Origin: Geobacter sulfurreducens PCA
GTDB lineage: Bacteria > Desulfobacterota > Desulfuromonadia > Geobacterales > Geobacteraceae
Assembly (NCBI RefSeq): GCF_000007985.2
Contig: NC_002939.5
Span: 1,110,001-1,142,000 of the forward strand
DNA length: 32,000 bases
Direction: 5' to 3'
Every line of letters begins with the position of its first letter. Position 1 is the stretch's first letter. Below are positions 31,602 through 32,000 of the stretch, piece by piece. Under the pieces are notes generated by a model. The model was not told where the DNA came from. It was given only the letters and a program-made list of their open reading frames with translations, and made no database searches. A program made the position numbers and the translations under genes.

Positions 31602-32000
31602 TCATGCAAGAAGCCGGATGATGATCCTGCTCCCCAGCCAGGCTCCGGCCAGGAGCCCTGCTGTAAAGATGATGCTTTGCCACGCCAGGATCGGCAACCC
31701 TCCGGCCAGGTGCCAGATGTTGCAGGAGGGAGCCATTCGTGCGGCAAGGCCCATGAGTATCCCACCGGTCAGGGCGGCCAGGTACTGCCGGGCCGGGATG
31801 CGGTAGCGGAAGCCGAGCTCTCCCAGCAGGAGCGCGGAAAGCGCGCTGCCCGCGATGATTCCGGCGATGACCGGTACCTGGACAAGCGCGATTGCGTCCG
31901 TTACCGGCGCGGGTCCGCCGATAAGGGGCACTTCACCAAGGGGTGTCGTTGCCGCAAGGTTGAGCGGAAGCGCCAGAAAGTAGTTACGTTCGGCAATATG
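31602..32000 (-). CDS. YeeE/YedE family sulfur (thiosulfate/selenium) transport membrane protein, 5' part possibly beyond the window
   Basis: The reading frame is open from the window edge (HIAERNYFLALPLNLAATTPLGEVPLIGG...), so GTG 31931 may be internal. Motifs: GGILMGLAARMAPSCNIWHLAGG and hydrophobic helices typical of the YeeE/YedE sulphur_transport domain. Stop at 31602-31604. Confidence 0.75.
   Translation of the reverse strand, partial: HIAERNYFLALPLNLAATTPLGEVPLIGGPAPVTDAIALVQVPVIAGIIAGSALSALLLGELGFRYRIPARQYLAALTGGILMGLAARMAPSCNIWHLAGGLPILAWQSIIFTAGLLAGAWLGSRIIIRLLA

Noticed and set aside
1-32000. Search for mobile elements, CRISPR arrays, tRNA/rRNA genes, and defence or toxin-antitoxin-like gene pairs
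   Set aside because: I saw no transposase, integrase or recombinase-like ORFs, no terminal inverted repeats bounding a block, no spacer-repeat periodicity and no cloverleaf-capable intergenic segment. The only dispersed repeats are the paralogous MCP signalling-domain segments.

Overview
High-GC bacterial chromosomal segment. Gene content and protein sequences look Geobacter/Geobacteraceae-like, but that is inference only and was not searched. Almost the whole window is signal transduction. I support 24 CDSs.

Six are methyl-accepting chemotaxis proteins (MCPs): five head-to-tail at 1-9309 and one at 17553-19178. They share a nearly identical cytoplasmic signalling cassette but carry six different sensor modules: sCache_2-like, helical bundle plus C-terminal CZB zinc domain, Cache_3-Cache_2-like, NIT, an unassigned PDC-like domain, and a helical bundle.

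Between the two MCP blocks lies a multi-tier two-component island. A CHASE histidine kinase is divergent from a REC-PAS-GGDEF-EAL protein. Next comes a REC-PAS-histidine kinase overlapping a sigma-54 enhancer-binding response regulator by 4 nt, then MCP-6 and a stand-alone bacteriohemerythrin.

The right third holds:
- a polytopic (MASE3-like) 2xPAS kinase;
- a nudC-DUF4149-DUF2156-methyltransferase cluster;
- ychJ and an MBL-fold hydrolase;
- a Cys-rich-PAS kinase and a canonical stand-alone PilZ;
- a minus-strand YeeE/YedE - TusA-like - PAS-only - alpha/beta-hydrolase operon.

I saw no rRNA, tRNA, CRISPR, transposase, integrase or phage genes.

Non-coding signals I can support:
- several rho-independent terminators;
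- three sigma-28 (FliA)-like promoters in front of MCP units;
- two perfect 12-bp inverted repeats in promoter regions;
- an SD-driven ATG-TGA start-stop element in the MCP-2 leader.

Best candidates for undescribed biology:
- the branched CHASE-kinase / c-di-GMP / sigma-54 / MCP-hemerythrin island;
- the split DcrH-like MCP plus hemerythrin pair;
- the sulfur-carrier operon that embeds a Cys-rich PAS-only protein next to a Cys-rich-PAS kinase and a PilZ receptor.

All domain calls come from motif recognition by eye. No database search was run.
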